From the NCBI RefSeq assembly GCF_037042905.1, contig NC_087247.1:7626001-7690000 (forward strand): a stretch of DNA of 64,000 nt. Direction: 5' to 3'. Positions within the stretch are counted from its first letter, which is position 1, and each line of letters begins with the position of its first letter. A program made the position numbers and the translations under genes. Shown here piece by piece: positions 12,419 through 24,940 of this stretch. The notes under the pieces were generated by a model. It saw only the letters and a list, made by a program, of their open reading frames with translations, made no database searches and was not told the DNA's origin. The DNA comes from Lytechinus pictus. Its lineage: Eukaryota.

Positions 12419-14621
12419 TTAACATAATTTCTCACAAAGTACTCCATTATATATTTTAAAAAAATCCAGCAGCAAACAATATTCGATGCAGGCACTATGA
12501 ATTGTAAATCATTGTCTGTTGATTATGTAGTTAAAGCTATTTTCTCCTTATTGGCGTATGGTACAAGGGGGCAATGCCCCCGGTCGGTGCCACTTTCTTG
12601 GGGTGAGAGAAGAAAGGGAAAGAGAGAGAGAGAGAGAGAGAATGGGACTGTGTAACCCCCGAGCATGAGGTGCTCGAAGGGGCCGATTCCATCACGAGCC
12701 CTGGGTGCTTTTCATTCCCGGTCAATTTTTTTAATAAGTGTTTATTTGAATTCAGGATAAAAGAGCACTGCACATTTAATACCTTGCTCACTGGTATAGG
12801 TGCCTTAGCCGGAGATCGAACCCCATTCCACCCATCCATTCCATTCCTTGTTTTTATTTGGCAATAAGTCATGATTGACTATTTTTGCCACTCACTGTAT
12901 AAAGAGTAGGGTAACAATTTTATTCGTTATTATTATTTTTATTTTTTATTTTTTCCTTTTTTTTATTATTATTTCTTGTATATTCATTTTTTTTTCTATT
13001 AGAAAATTAACAAAACTAAACATTTAATACATATGAAAAAAAAAACGATAAAGGTCGTTGATCGACGACCTATGTGATATTATATAAGATAAAATCGTTC
13101 TAACAAGAGGGGCTAACATTTTAGCAAATTTTTCGGTACTTTGAATTCTCAGTGTACCAACCCCGGACTTTCAAATATCTAGTCTTAGATACCGGCCACG
13201 GTACGTCGATCACTATACACGCCACCTTTCGATGCCCCCCCCCCCCCCGGGCCCCTTACACACATCGTTAACTACGGAACACCACTGGTGTGGTAAGGGG
13301 GAGAGAAATGAGGGTCCCTTTAACTTCTGTTTGATGAGCATAGAATACAAAAGATCACCCCCCCCAAAAAAAAAAGGGAAAAAAGATGGGAATCCTTATA
13401 CATTGCTCTAAGTTGTATGTCGAGGAATGTTTATACAACGCTGCTTTATTCGAATTTGCCTGCATCAACGTTATCTCTTTTAACAGGTCTCTGCAACTTG
13501 CCAGGGCTGGAGCACTCTTTGAAATAGTGATGGACAACCGTCTCCATCATCACTGTCAATTATTTATTTTCTATCTATACATATGTTATTGCCGTTGCAA
13601 AATTTCCAATTTCTTTCGAAAAAACCTTTCCCGAAAATTATACCTGCAATACTCGAACAATTCCCACTCATGCTGAACGAGAGAGCAAAATCGAAAAAAG
13701 CAATTTGTGCCTCGAGTCGGCTCAACGAATGATTTCCTGCAAATTGTAGGTTGCCCTCTGCGCCTGAATAAAACGTAAGTTGCGATAAAAAAAAACCTTG
13801 AAATATTCGATAAATAAAATCCAGTATACACTCGACGGAGGAATCAGAATCCAAATATTTGCTGTGAATGCTACCCTTCTAGGTCTTCACCAAACGATAA
13901 AAAAGGGCTAAGCCAATAGAGAGGAAATATTAGGAAAGATGGTAATCGTGAAATCACACAATATGTAATTAAATACAAATAGAAAGCGGATCAAAATTTT
14001 ATATAGTAGCTGTGCAACATGTTTGAAACCTGACAAACGCGTTAGTTTAATTTATGATTTCCCAATTCATATGCATACATCATCATACCAGATTTTTGGT
14101 TTAATAACGTATGGTTCAGAGAAAAAAGGCCCCACCCCAGGTGACACTGATGATGATGATGACAGTGATAATGATGACGACGATTATGACAACAACAACA
14201 ATAATAATAATAGTAATGATCATAATAATCATGGTATACATGACCGTCAGATAGTCAGATAGACAGACAGACCGGCAGAGACATTTTTTCGGCATCACCA
14301 ATTTTTCCAAAAAGGGTAGATAGCTCTGGGGAACCTTGATTTAAGCTACGCCTACCATTGTTCTCTTCATCCATTTCTTTCACACAATATTTAAATAAAA
14401 GAGTTGCCAAAGCTGTAGTACATGTATAACTTCACACATTTGTATACTTTCTCCCATACGTGTACTGTATCAAAGCAATAGCTTTGATCCAGCTGAGGCA
14501 TGGCGGCTTGTCATTGTTCAAAACCCACCTTCACCCGACAAAGGAAATTACAATTGGTATGGTGTCGAAAATCTGTCTATCTGACGGTCAATCGGATCGG
14601 GGTCGCCCTAGCCACTAACCC

Positions 14622-14693
14622 GTCTCTGTGGTCTAGTGGTTAAGGCACCGGCGTTCAAAGCTGCGGGCCCGGGTTCGATTCCCGGCAGAGACA
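14622..14693 (+). tRNA. tRNA-like gene/pseudogene with TCA (opal) anticodon, embedded in a repeat
   Basis: Acceptor GTCTCTG/CAGAGAC; D stem GTCT/AGGC with AGTGGTTA loop; anticodon arm CCGGC-GTTCAAA-GCTGC (one C:C mismatch, G32); 4-nt variable loop; T arm CCGGG-TTCGATT-CCCGG; intact A and B boxes. Confidence 0.7.
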
Positions 14694-14700
14694 TTTTTTT
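14694..14700 (+). terminator. RNA polymerase III terminator (T7)
   Basis: TTTTTTT immediately after the discriminator base of the tRNA-like gene. Confidence 0.6.
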
Positions 14701-14843
14701 CGGCATCACCAATTTTTCCAAAAAGGGTAGATAGCTCTGGGGAACCTTGATTTAAGCTACGCCTACCATTGTTCTCTTCATCCATTTCTTTCACACAATA
14801 TTTAAATAAAAGAGTTGCCAAAGCTGTAGTACATGTATAACTT

Positions 14844-14899
<56 letters not shown>

Positions 14900-17800
14900 A
14901 GGGTGAGTGTGTGTGTGTGTGTAGTTTATTATTTACAAGAGAGTTGTTTGCATTTATATATTTTCTTACATAGGCCTGTATATTTATAGTTCTGATTATG
15001 TAGAGGAAAATACTTCTTAATTTCGATAGACTCCATTGATAATAATATACCTCGCTCACAGATTGAAGAAGAATAAAAAAAAAAAATGGATATCATGAAA
15101 CTTAACAAGACATTGTTTACAGGATGGGATGATGATGTTGCTTCTGCGAATCCCGTTAAAAGCCGATTGAACGACATTTCAAATTGAAATTCGAATTCAA
15201 CTTTATTTCCACTATGAAAAAAATAATACAAACGAAAATCACTGACATACGCAGATATCAAACATGTGGAGGGATCAAAAGGACCATAACGCTTGGACAA
15301 ATCTCCCCAATAAATTACAAAACTATTTGTAAATTACATTGAAATCAAAGTAACATACAAAAGAGAGAAGGAAAATGTAACCAATGTGATAGAGATGAAA
15401 ATGGGGATATTGAATCCGGAGAGAAATTTTCATATAGGTTTAGATATTGGAGTTACTTGGCTGAATTGTGGAATTATCTTTAAAAAAAACAGGTCCGGAG
15501 AAAATGCAGATCGTTTTATAGTTACAACAATAAATTACTTTCGTACATTAATGATTGTCTTTAACATTGTTTTTGTACACTTAAAAAAAATGTTAATCCG
15601 TTAATTTGTATCTGATTTATATTATTTTATTTTATGTTGAAAAGAAAATGAAAATTGAATTTAATCAAATCGAGGCAATAATCCCATTCTTATGCCCAAA
15701 TTTAAATATATATATAGTCACGTATTGTATTACAGGACACTATTATGATTCCGGACGCGCATATTACTGCGTTCGAAAACAATTTCGTACCGTAAGACTT
15801 CCGCAATTCAATTTCACAGAGCAATACATAGAACAAGATTGCAAAAACAAGGCGAAAAAATCCAACTTTTACCTTATTTATCTCTTAAATGACAGAAAAT
15901 GCTTAAAATATCATATAACATATAGTTTTGCATTAACGATTGATATAATTTATTTTCTAACGGAAATATGGGCCTGATTTTCCGAATTTCAGTCTCAATC
16001 TCGTCCACTCCTTCGATCGAATGATGAGGTGTGGTGTATTGTGGGTGATCGTCGACGGCTAGTTCTCAAGGTACCCGTGCGCGAGGTTTACCGTGAGTAG
16101 AGCCGTCGATAGATAGAAGCGCATCGATAGAACTTGAAGAGCGTCACGATACGAACGCGAGCATATTATTATTGGAAAGTGCCATGGAACATGCAGCCCA
16201 TGCAGCTAACAAGAAAAAATAAAATAAGTTATCAAACACGAATTTATTACCAACATCTGCTCAGATTCGATATACAAAAGCAAATAAAAACTTAGAATTT
16301 ACTCATGATATAAGAAGAAAAAAAATCACACAATTTGTTCTTACATCATTATAATCAAGGATATCTTTACCCGTCCGGCGCGCGTCCGGAATCATGATAT
16401 AAATTGTCGCGCACGAAAATAATTGTTTTTCGTGGAGGGGTATGCGGCAAGTGCGATGCAAAGAAAATGGTTGGTAAATATAAAATAATTTTATCATATT
16501 CATAATTTTCATAATATTTGGAATAGCAAGTGTGAATTTTTCTTGATTGTATTTCCTCTAGTTGTCATTTTTAAAGCACTGAAATAAAGGTGTCCGGCAA
16601 TAGGATACACTGCCATACCAAAGTTCTAACTGCGCGTTTATATAAAGCTACCATTTGCGAATTGTACAAGGAGTCCCACATGGTTCTATTTTGTGTCCCT
16701 TACTGTTTCTAATATTAACGAATGATACGTTAATCGAATCACCATCGTACTCTTTTTTCTTTATTCTTGTTTGACCGTTCAAAATTCAATAAACCCTTCC
16801 TGAATATTATAAAGGGATAGGTACTCATCTTTCCTAAGTCTGTTGGAATGATTGACCACTTTTTATTTTTAGATGTGATACCAAATGAGAGTAGACCCTA
16901 CTTCTGACCGTCATGAACCGTTGCGCGTTGCCACAGTGCCCTGTAGTAATGTAACGACATTGGGAGATCACATTTATTAATGACAGGAAAAATCTTACCA
17001 CTGTGATAATACCAGTTATAACTTAATACTTACTTTATCTTGTATTTTGCTCCACTAAAAGCTGTCGAATACAGTAACTCTAAACGTAGTTTGCACGTGG
17101 TTGCGTTATTCTCCGACGGCCATTTATGATAAAAATAATTTTTGCGAAATTCACCAAGCTGCATGTATTAGATACAGATGAAACACGTAATGAATGATTC
17201 CATATTAGATAGTACTCTACATAAATTCCTGGGAGTCGTGGTGAAGGAGATCCTAATTTGTCAAGAACTATATCCCGGCTTACACAGGCTGAAGATAAAG
17301 ATTCAGGGCCTCATATCATATCGTATCATAACTGAATAATATATCCAGGACCGAGCTAACACTACCGACATCTGAACCGAGGCACTGAAAACCTGATAAA
17401 TACAAGATAAAAAGAGAAAGTACGTTATTTTATGCAAACGTTATCACTTTTCTAATAATTGTCTACAACAGTAAAATGAGCATTGAACATTATTATTGTC
17501 ATCATTATGGCCATATCAACCTTTTAGTCTCCTTAAACTTTCAGTAGCTAAAATAAAACCAATACAGGAATATATAATTGATATGTTCCAGTATTATTAT
17601 AAAGCATGATTTTTATTTATAATTTTTATGCGATATATAGCTACAAAGTTTCATATAATTACGTTTCCATTCCTAATTTTGTAGGAAGCATTGACATGTG
17701 TAAGAAAACATTTGAACTTAAATCATCCAAGATCATCTAGCTTTATACAACACTGATCTCAAATACAAATACAATGTTTTTTTTATTTAAAAACATGCCT

Positions 17801-18162
17801 ATACTCAATGCATGGAGGTATATCAACTTATATTTCTACACTAATAGTTCGGAAATAGGACGGACTTACCTTCATCTGGATCCAGTGCAGTGCGAGGGAA
17901 AACTCGAAAAGACACCGAGACTCCCGATCAGCCAAACTCCCCGCATTCAGCTGTTTGACACGTTTTAAGGCGTGGTTTGTAGAAGCCCATGACAATAACC
18001 AATCTGAGTAGAGCGAGGCCCAGTCTGCTGTGCAAACCCTTCACTCGAGTAAAGGGTCTGAATTGCAGCCTACTCTGCCTTGTGTACTGAAGGTCCTCTC
18101 GCTCAGAACTTAATTGAAACAGCAAGTTCTATATGTGCTAGTATTTTGCGTGGAGACACGCT

Positions 18163-19452
18163 TGTTGATCAAAGTTTCAATCAGGGTCTGTGCCTGCAGA
18201 CTAAGCGAGACCCCGGTGAACGCGATATCGAGTAACTTGCACGAGAAAAAAGGACTTTGTTTTTATTTTTCTGCTCAGGGTTTATTTGTTGACGGGATGT
18301 TTTGCATGGTGAATAAACCCGTAATGATAGATTGTGTATGAAGGATAACCTTAATTTCTTTTGGGAAGATGTTGCTATAATAGGCAAGCGCTTGACAACA
18401 TTCAATATGTTTAACTAACATCAAAGTTGAAACAATTTGAAGATAGGAAGAAAGAGAGAATGAGGGGGGGGGGGGTCATTGTCCTATGTCGCATTCGATT
18501 TATACGACGGTTGCCATGGTTATCGTCTTTACATTACTTAATTGATTGCTGCACAAATTATTATTTAAAAATATATATACTTGAAGCCTGCAGGCAACAG
18601 CGAGATGAGCATTTTTTGGTCAATTTCGTCAGGCCGGGGTGAGACTGTCTACGCGAGGTATCCCATGACAATGAGGGTTGGATGGTGAATTGGATGTATC
18701 ATTGAATGTGATTGGTGATATCACTTGGCTTATGAGTGCCTCACAAAATTGATGATTGACACGCGAAGATAAAGAGTTGTCATCTGCAAGGTGTTTACGA
18801 ACAAACTGTCCTGGGCCGATTGTCATATTTGGATGATTGTGCAATCGATAAGGATGAGTTACACTTTCTGTGCAGAGATGCTTAGAATCTCCATGTTCTT
18901 ATTATCGCACTCCTGCAGGGGGCGCCAGTCGAAATTTCCATATTAGTGGTTCGAGACTTATATACAGCATCCAGCTGAAACAAGTATATGAAATTCCAAA
19001 TGCACATAAATTATGTTCTAAAAAGTGTAAAGTGATATGTACAAACTTTGACATGAAGATGATGATGACGATGTTTCGAGGTACGAGCTTCGATTTCATT
19101 TTACAGTTTTGCCTCATGGATGCATCTTGCCTGTATAACGGGAGTTATTGTGGTTTTGATGAATATAAAGGCCTAAATTGGTGAGTCATTATTCGCAAAA
19201 GAAAATCATATTGGATGTCTGTTATATATCAAAATATATTTCGTTTATCGCTATTATTAAATAATCCTTACACTGGTATTTGATGATCTAAACTAATTCA
19301 AACGGCGAAACACGAAAGTTTTCATCGGGGCCTCATCACCTGGCTTCTTTTCATTTTTCATTCAGGCCCTTGTGGTCTTCCATATCTCCATCCGTCGGTC
19401 CATCCGTCGGTTAGTCTGCAGGCACAGACACTGATCGAACCTTTTATCAACA
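18163..19452. repeat. 42-bp inverted repeat pair (18163-18204 / 19411-19452)
   Basis: 38/42 identity by manual alignment; pair begins TGT and ends ACA; no clear TSD. Confidence 0.85.
18912..18926 (+). promoter_or_regulatory. CTCF-like motif
   Basis: CCTGCAGGGGGCGCC resembles the CCASYAGRKGGCRS core; motif match only. Confidence 0.4.
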
Positions 19453-20648
19453 GAGCAGAGTAACCTTGTAAATATATGTTCCCATAGATATCCATTGTCC
19501 ATTGAATCAATATGCTCGCGAACCTGCGAATCACAATTGTGCTGCAGTCACACCAAGGATCCCATTCCAACGAACACAATAGCTTTTCGGTCAGCATGGT
19601 GTCGATTTCGCACGTCTGTGTGACCGCAGAATTCGGATGTACTAGTATTGCGAAATACTCGGATTCGAGGGGATTCCCCTGTATGCTTATTCTGCGTTTT
19701 CAGACCCATGATGTATTAGACAGGAGATAACGCATCTAACCTTGATTCAATGTATCTTTTGATTGAACAGAAACACAAGAACATTCTTTCGAAGTGTTCT
19801 CCGATACGTTTTTTTCTTTTAAACAGGAATCCCTCATCTTCTGTCAATTCGGTTTATATATATGTAGACTACAATGTCAATAATATTGCGCGATCCTTCG
19901 GCCAGAAGGATCCATGATTTGGCAGGGAACTCTCAACTCCAGGGCTCCATGGTTATCATGGTTATGGTAAGATGCATGAAAATATACAGCGTACGTCATG
20001 TTCACTGAGAAATCTAAAAGTGTGTCAATGTGATGATTCATCAACGCCATGTCAAAAAAATAAAATAAATAAATGATTTTAAATGAGAAAGAGATCAATG
20101 AATTTCTACACATTTATATCCACATCTGACTTGTCACTTCTCTGTCATATGTCGTGAAGTCAGGGCATGCATCGGGATCCTCACAGGAATCATGAATTTG
20201 TAAAAAAAAAATTTCAAATTACAATGTAATTAGTTCCGTGGTTGGCTGTAAACCACAAGCATGACAAGGGGATGCATGGCGCCCTTTTTCCCCCTAGGCT
20301 CCCATTTGGTAAGTACTATTTCTTTAGTATTCAACGGTTAGATTGAAACGTGTGAAAACGCATTTCGTTGTTTTTATCTAAATTTTGTACAATACATTCA
20401 TTTTTCATGTCATTTATTTTGTAGCAATTTCATTTTCGTTGAATATTATCCAATTTCATATTTTCAATTGATTCTTTTTTATTCTTACTGAGGCACTAAT
20501 TATTCATTTAGTATTATTCATTTATTAATTGATTTATACATTCTCGTTATCCATTCATCTGTTTATCTATTTCATTTTTGTTTAATATAATCTTTTTTGG
20601 TTTGATTTATCTATTTCACTGCTTGTAATTATTATTAGACAACGAGTC

Positions 20649-20965
20649 TACTGCAACCTTGTAAAAACAAAACAACAAACAATTTTGTAAACAAAGGAAA
20701 ACTGTTCGGGTCTAATGCGCGGTGTTCTGTTACACCATGGAGAGTGTTCCGTGGACACTCCGGGATGGTGCTTTTTTATAAGGAGGAGAGGGGGGGGGGC
20801 AAGATTACTGCAACCTTGTAAAACAAAAACAAACAAAAAATTTGTAAACAAAGGAAAACTGTTCGGGTCTAATGCGCGGTGTTCTGTTACACCAAGGAGG
20901 GTGTTCCGTGGACACTCTCCGGGATGGTGCTTTTTTATAAGAAGGGGGGGGGGGGCAAGATTACT
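20649..20965. repeat. Recent ~158-bp tandem duplication
   Basis: Two near-identical units actgcaaccttgtaaaa...gggggcaagatt. Confidence 0.9.
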
Positions 20966-21771
20966 TATTTTCATCAATTAAATTATGGGGGTAATATAAA
21001 GTTACACGACCTCGACCTATAAGAGTAAACTTTTTTTACGATTGTTTTAAAAGTCCATGTATTAAATTGCTCAAATTAATGTTTATCTGATTAGGATTTT
21101 TTTTCACTCTAAAATATTCGAAAAAAAATAATTAAAGAGCTAACCTTGTCCCAGACCTTGATATACCCTCAATTGTAAGAAAAATACTCTTGAAAATTAA
21201 CAAACAAACGTTTTAATGTTTTTGAAATCTGAGAAAGAACTATGCCATTTATTTGCTGTCATGAGGGCGTGTTTGTAATTATTCCACTCCCACCAAATAC
21301 GTTTTCTTAAAACAAGAAAAGCGTATTTACTGTCGTGGAATTAATTTCATTTGCATATCCAGGGTCCATTGATAACACGATCGTAACAGCTGAAATGCTC
21401 GAAATCAAGATTGCGAAATTTTAATTGGGAAGTCCCTAAATGCTAGTCTCATTCGCATGCGCCAAATATATTTAATGCCAAGGAAAATTAACAAATGAAC
21501 AAGCTCTGCTTGGAATTCGATTTAATTCTATGCATTTGTATTTCATTTTACTTCAAGATGAGACAATTCTTTGTTGAAATTCGTAAAAATTTGATTAATT
21601 TTATTAAAATGATTAATGTCGAAATTCTTCGGTTCTAATGAAGACCACTATCGTAAGCTCTTCAAATCATGCGACATATAATATCAAATATAAAGCTTAA
21701 CTTGCTGGTAGACCTATGACATTGACAGAAATATAAACAAGGTCACTCTGATCAAACACCTTTTTCCTTAA

Positions 21772-22400
21772 CCCTAATAGGCCCGAGGGCGGATCCCGCC
21801 CCCGCCCCCCTCCTACATTTTTCACGATAAATCTGCCGTGCGAAATTTTTCGACCGCGTCGCTCGCAGACTTTTTACTTTCAAATCTCGCACAACTTTTG
21901 AGACCAAATTTGCGATGCCCGGGTACGCGGTTACGAAATTACGCAACAATAATTATATAAGTGAATGTCAGACCACAAACTGCTCAAAAACGTGAATTCA
22001 TGTACAAATCAAATGCAAGGGTGTATTTGAGGCAACATTCATAAATGTATCATTATTTATACTTTTACTGATTAAACTTAATTAATTTTGTCTTGTTTAT
22101 GACAGAATTAAGTCTGCAACAATATCCATCGAAAAAACAATAAAAAAACAAAAAGTAAAAACACAGAAATACATAAGAGCAGATATTTTATTTCATGCAT
22201 AAATTAGCAATTATTTTATTAAATGAAAAATCTTATTTAAAAAAAATTAACCATACAGCCTTGTAGATTTTATTTATACTACCACTGTGCAAATTTTCGC
22301 GGTGCTCGCGCGATCGAAGGCAGAAATCTCAGGGGGGGGGGGGCGAATCCGCCCCTCCCCCGGCTATAAAAGGGGTCCAAATAACCTGGCTCTTTTAGGG
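21772..22400. mobile_element. piggyBac-type non-autonomous element
   Basis: TTAA-CCCTAA...TTAGGG-TTAA termini with GC-rich subterminal inverted motifs. Confidence 0.8.
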
Positions 22401-23247
22401 TTAATGCATTTTGTTTAACTTTAAAGATGATTAATGAAATAGATCATTTCTTATGATAAGATTTTAAAATTAATTTTGGTACACATAAAAGCTAAAAAGA
22501 GATAAATATGTTTTCAGCGGAAGTAAAAAGGTTCATTATTAATTTTGCTCGTTTGCATTTTCGCATTTTTCGTTGTTGTGCGTATGTCATTTTCTATCCC
22601 TCGACATTTTCAGCTCATTTTACCCCAGAGCGAAGTAATGATATATACGCAGAACACGGGTTGGTAAAGTGAGAATATGCTGGATTGCATTTTATATTCC
22701 CCCCCCCCCGGATTTTTCTTTTTCATTTTTGATATAAAGTTCAAAGGGGGAGTAGCGTATTAACAATATAACATTAATTTCGTTTATTATCTGGGTATAT
22801 TTTCATATCCCAGGGTGGATAAGCTTTCATCACTTCACAGTCTGCGTAATGTCTCACCAACACGTTTCATCGCACATGTTATAGGGGGTGTGTCAAGTAT
22901 CGATTTGTGAGTGATTTCAATGATATTTTTTCGCCCCTTGATGCTATCAACGTCGGTGAAGTCTCTTTGGACACGCCCCCAGGCTTGTATAATGGGTAAG
23001 TCCCCGTGCGTCACGACATGACATTGCGCAATGTCCGATAGTTGGGGGATTTTCAATCGTGCGTAATTGCAATTGAAACTCGGATGTTTACACGTACACA
23101 CAGCGTACTCTGTGTAGGTCACAGAGAGGCAACGAATTGTATTTAAAAGGATATATAATGATTTTGATAAATTTGATTATCACTAAAAAAATACGAGTCC
23201 ATGCTCCACATTAAATTACACTAGTGCAAGAGAGGGTAGCGAACGAG

Positions 23248-24940
23248 CCCACCCCAACAAAAAGCTGATTTGAATAAAAAGAGAAAAATCCAACAAGCAC
23301 AATGCTGAATATTTCATCAAAATCGGATGTAATGTAAGAATTTTTCAGTTTATATTAATTCATATAACAGTAATATATTCACATCATGGTCGGTATGCAA
23401 ATGAGGGGACCATACATCACTCACTATTTTTCTTTTGTATGAAATGTGAAATATTCCAATTTTTCCCCCGTTGTCCTGTGAAAAAAAGTTTATTCCACCC
23501 TGCATGGTTTAGTCAAGTTGGTCCTTCTTGTCAAATCTGTCAAAATGGAAATATTGTATAATTCAACAATAAAAAAACAACTATCTCATTTGCATGTCAC
23601 TGAATTGTGCATATAACTGTTTTGTGAAAAATAAGTGAAACTTTAAATTGTCATAACTTTCTTGTTTTTCATCCGATTTTGAAAAAAAAATTCAGCGTTG
23701 CTCGCTTGTTTGATTTTTCTACATTGATTAAAATCAACATTTATCTATGGTTGACTCCCGAAGGGGCCACTTCTATTGACGAGTGGATACCATGCCCCCG
23801 GACCATGCCCGACCACGGGGTCTTGAAAAGCACCCTAAAATTACACGTATTCATATTCTGAAAATGCACCCCTTAACAAGTATTGGCGTGTGAAACCCTA
23901 CCCTTAACAAGTAGGCCTATTGGAAACAAATACTATTGGCAAGTATTGATTTGATTTATTTATTTTCACATTCCAATAACAAAAGTATATACACTGAGTG
24001 TAATCATTTTTTTTTCTTAGCATAACATAACAATAAGCAAATTACATAATTAATAACATATGCATATATACAATCTAACAATCTAATTGAAATATATTTA
24101 TACCTGATAAATTTATTTTTTTTAATCATAAAAACAAATAGCAGAAAAAAATTATATATATACATATATCGACATAATACATTTTGAAATGTGGGAGACC
24201 TTCATCTTAAGCTTAGAGCTTGAAATTGATAAAGGCCTCAAAGGAAAGGGGAAGGAAAATCAGACAAACAGTGCAATAAAAGAGACTTATCTTTTATTGC
24301 ACAAAATAGGAATATTACCAAAAAAGTATATAGGGAAAGAAAAATTGAAATGAGGAAGTTATAATCATGTTGATAAAAGTGAAAGTACAAGTGCAAGTGT
24401 GCGAGTGTGCAAGTGCAAGAACTGAGCCCCTAAACAAGTACAGCGATGTATTTTCCATATTCTGAAAATGCACCCCTTAACAAGTATTGGAAACAAAATG
24501 ATACTCTTGGCAAGTGTTCCCTGAAATGAACCCTCTAAACAAGTACAGCGATATTTTATTGTTATGTCAAGGGTCCGTCGGTCGTCGGTTTTACCTATAC
24601 ACACCATTATTTTGGTTTAGTACGGCCCCACCTTCCACACCTCGCGCAAACATGGCAAATCGGACTCTAAACACGTATTGTTGGGGCAAAGAGGACATCC
24701 ATTATAAAACATTTTTATTTTGTTTTATCATCCCCGCATATTTGACCCTAAACACGTATATTTTTCCGAGCGAAATAGATACCCTTTTTTCATTTTTTGT
24801 GTGTTTTTGACACCCTTATCACGTTACGTACGTAACGTGCCCTATCTTGAAAAAGACATATTTTTACGTGTTTTTTGGGTCGCGCATGGTATCCACTCGT
24901 CAATGTAAGTGCCCCCCCCCCCCGGTTGATTTGACCTTTA
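23248..24940. mobile_element. Kolobok-family MITE with a nested insertion in its right terminus
   Basis: Body 23248-23756 is similar to copies at 25.6 and 47 kb; its terminal tgacctttaa is displaced to ~24931-24941. Confidence 0.65.
23757..24925. mobile_element. Non-autonomous DNA transposon with CCCG(G)n-type TIRs, itself interrupted by a LINE 3' end (~23945-24420)
   Basis: TIRs cactt..attgacgagtggataccatgc / gcatggtatccactcgtcaatgtaagtgcccccc; internal repeat catattctgaaaatgcaccccttaacaagtattgg on both sides of the insert. Confidence 0.75.

Larger units (their letters stand above)
14241..14921 (+). mobile_element. tRNA-containing ~410-bp repeat unit in partial tandem, ending in (TA)n(TG)n
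   Basis: Direct repeats 14272-14438 and 14682-14849; inverted 5' snippet 14241-14267 matching 14572-14590; microsatellite tail. Confidence 0.8.
7500..18110 (-). other. Putative spliced locus without a long ORF (lncRNA or unprocessed pseudogene)
   Basis: Minus-strand exon candidates: ~18105-17870 (AG|GTAAGT), 17392-17034 (tatcag / AA|GTAAGT), 13763-13644 (ttcag / CAG|GTATAA), 13552-13460 (weak, GC donor), 9184-9154 (ttcag / GG|GTAAGT), and a terminal exon from 8760. No long spliced ORF found. Confidence 0.4.

Noticed and set aside
14622-14693. Calling the UCA tRNA a selenocysteine tRNA
   Set aside because: It has a 4-nt variable loop and a standard 7/5 fold; tRNA-Sec has a long variable arm and extended acceptor and D stems.
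16020-16140. C/D snoRNA (ATGATGA box C)
   Set aside because: No suitably placed CTGA D box or terminal stem.
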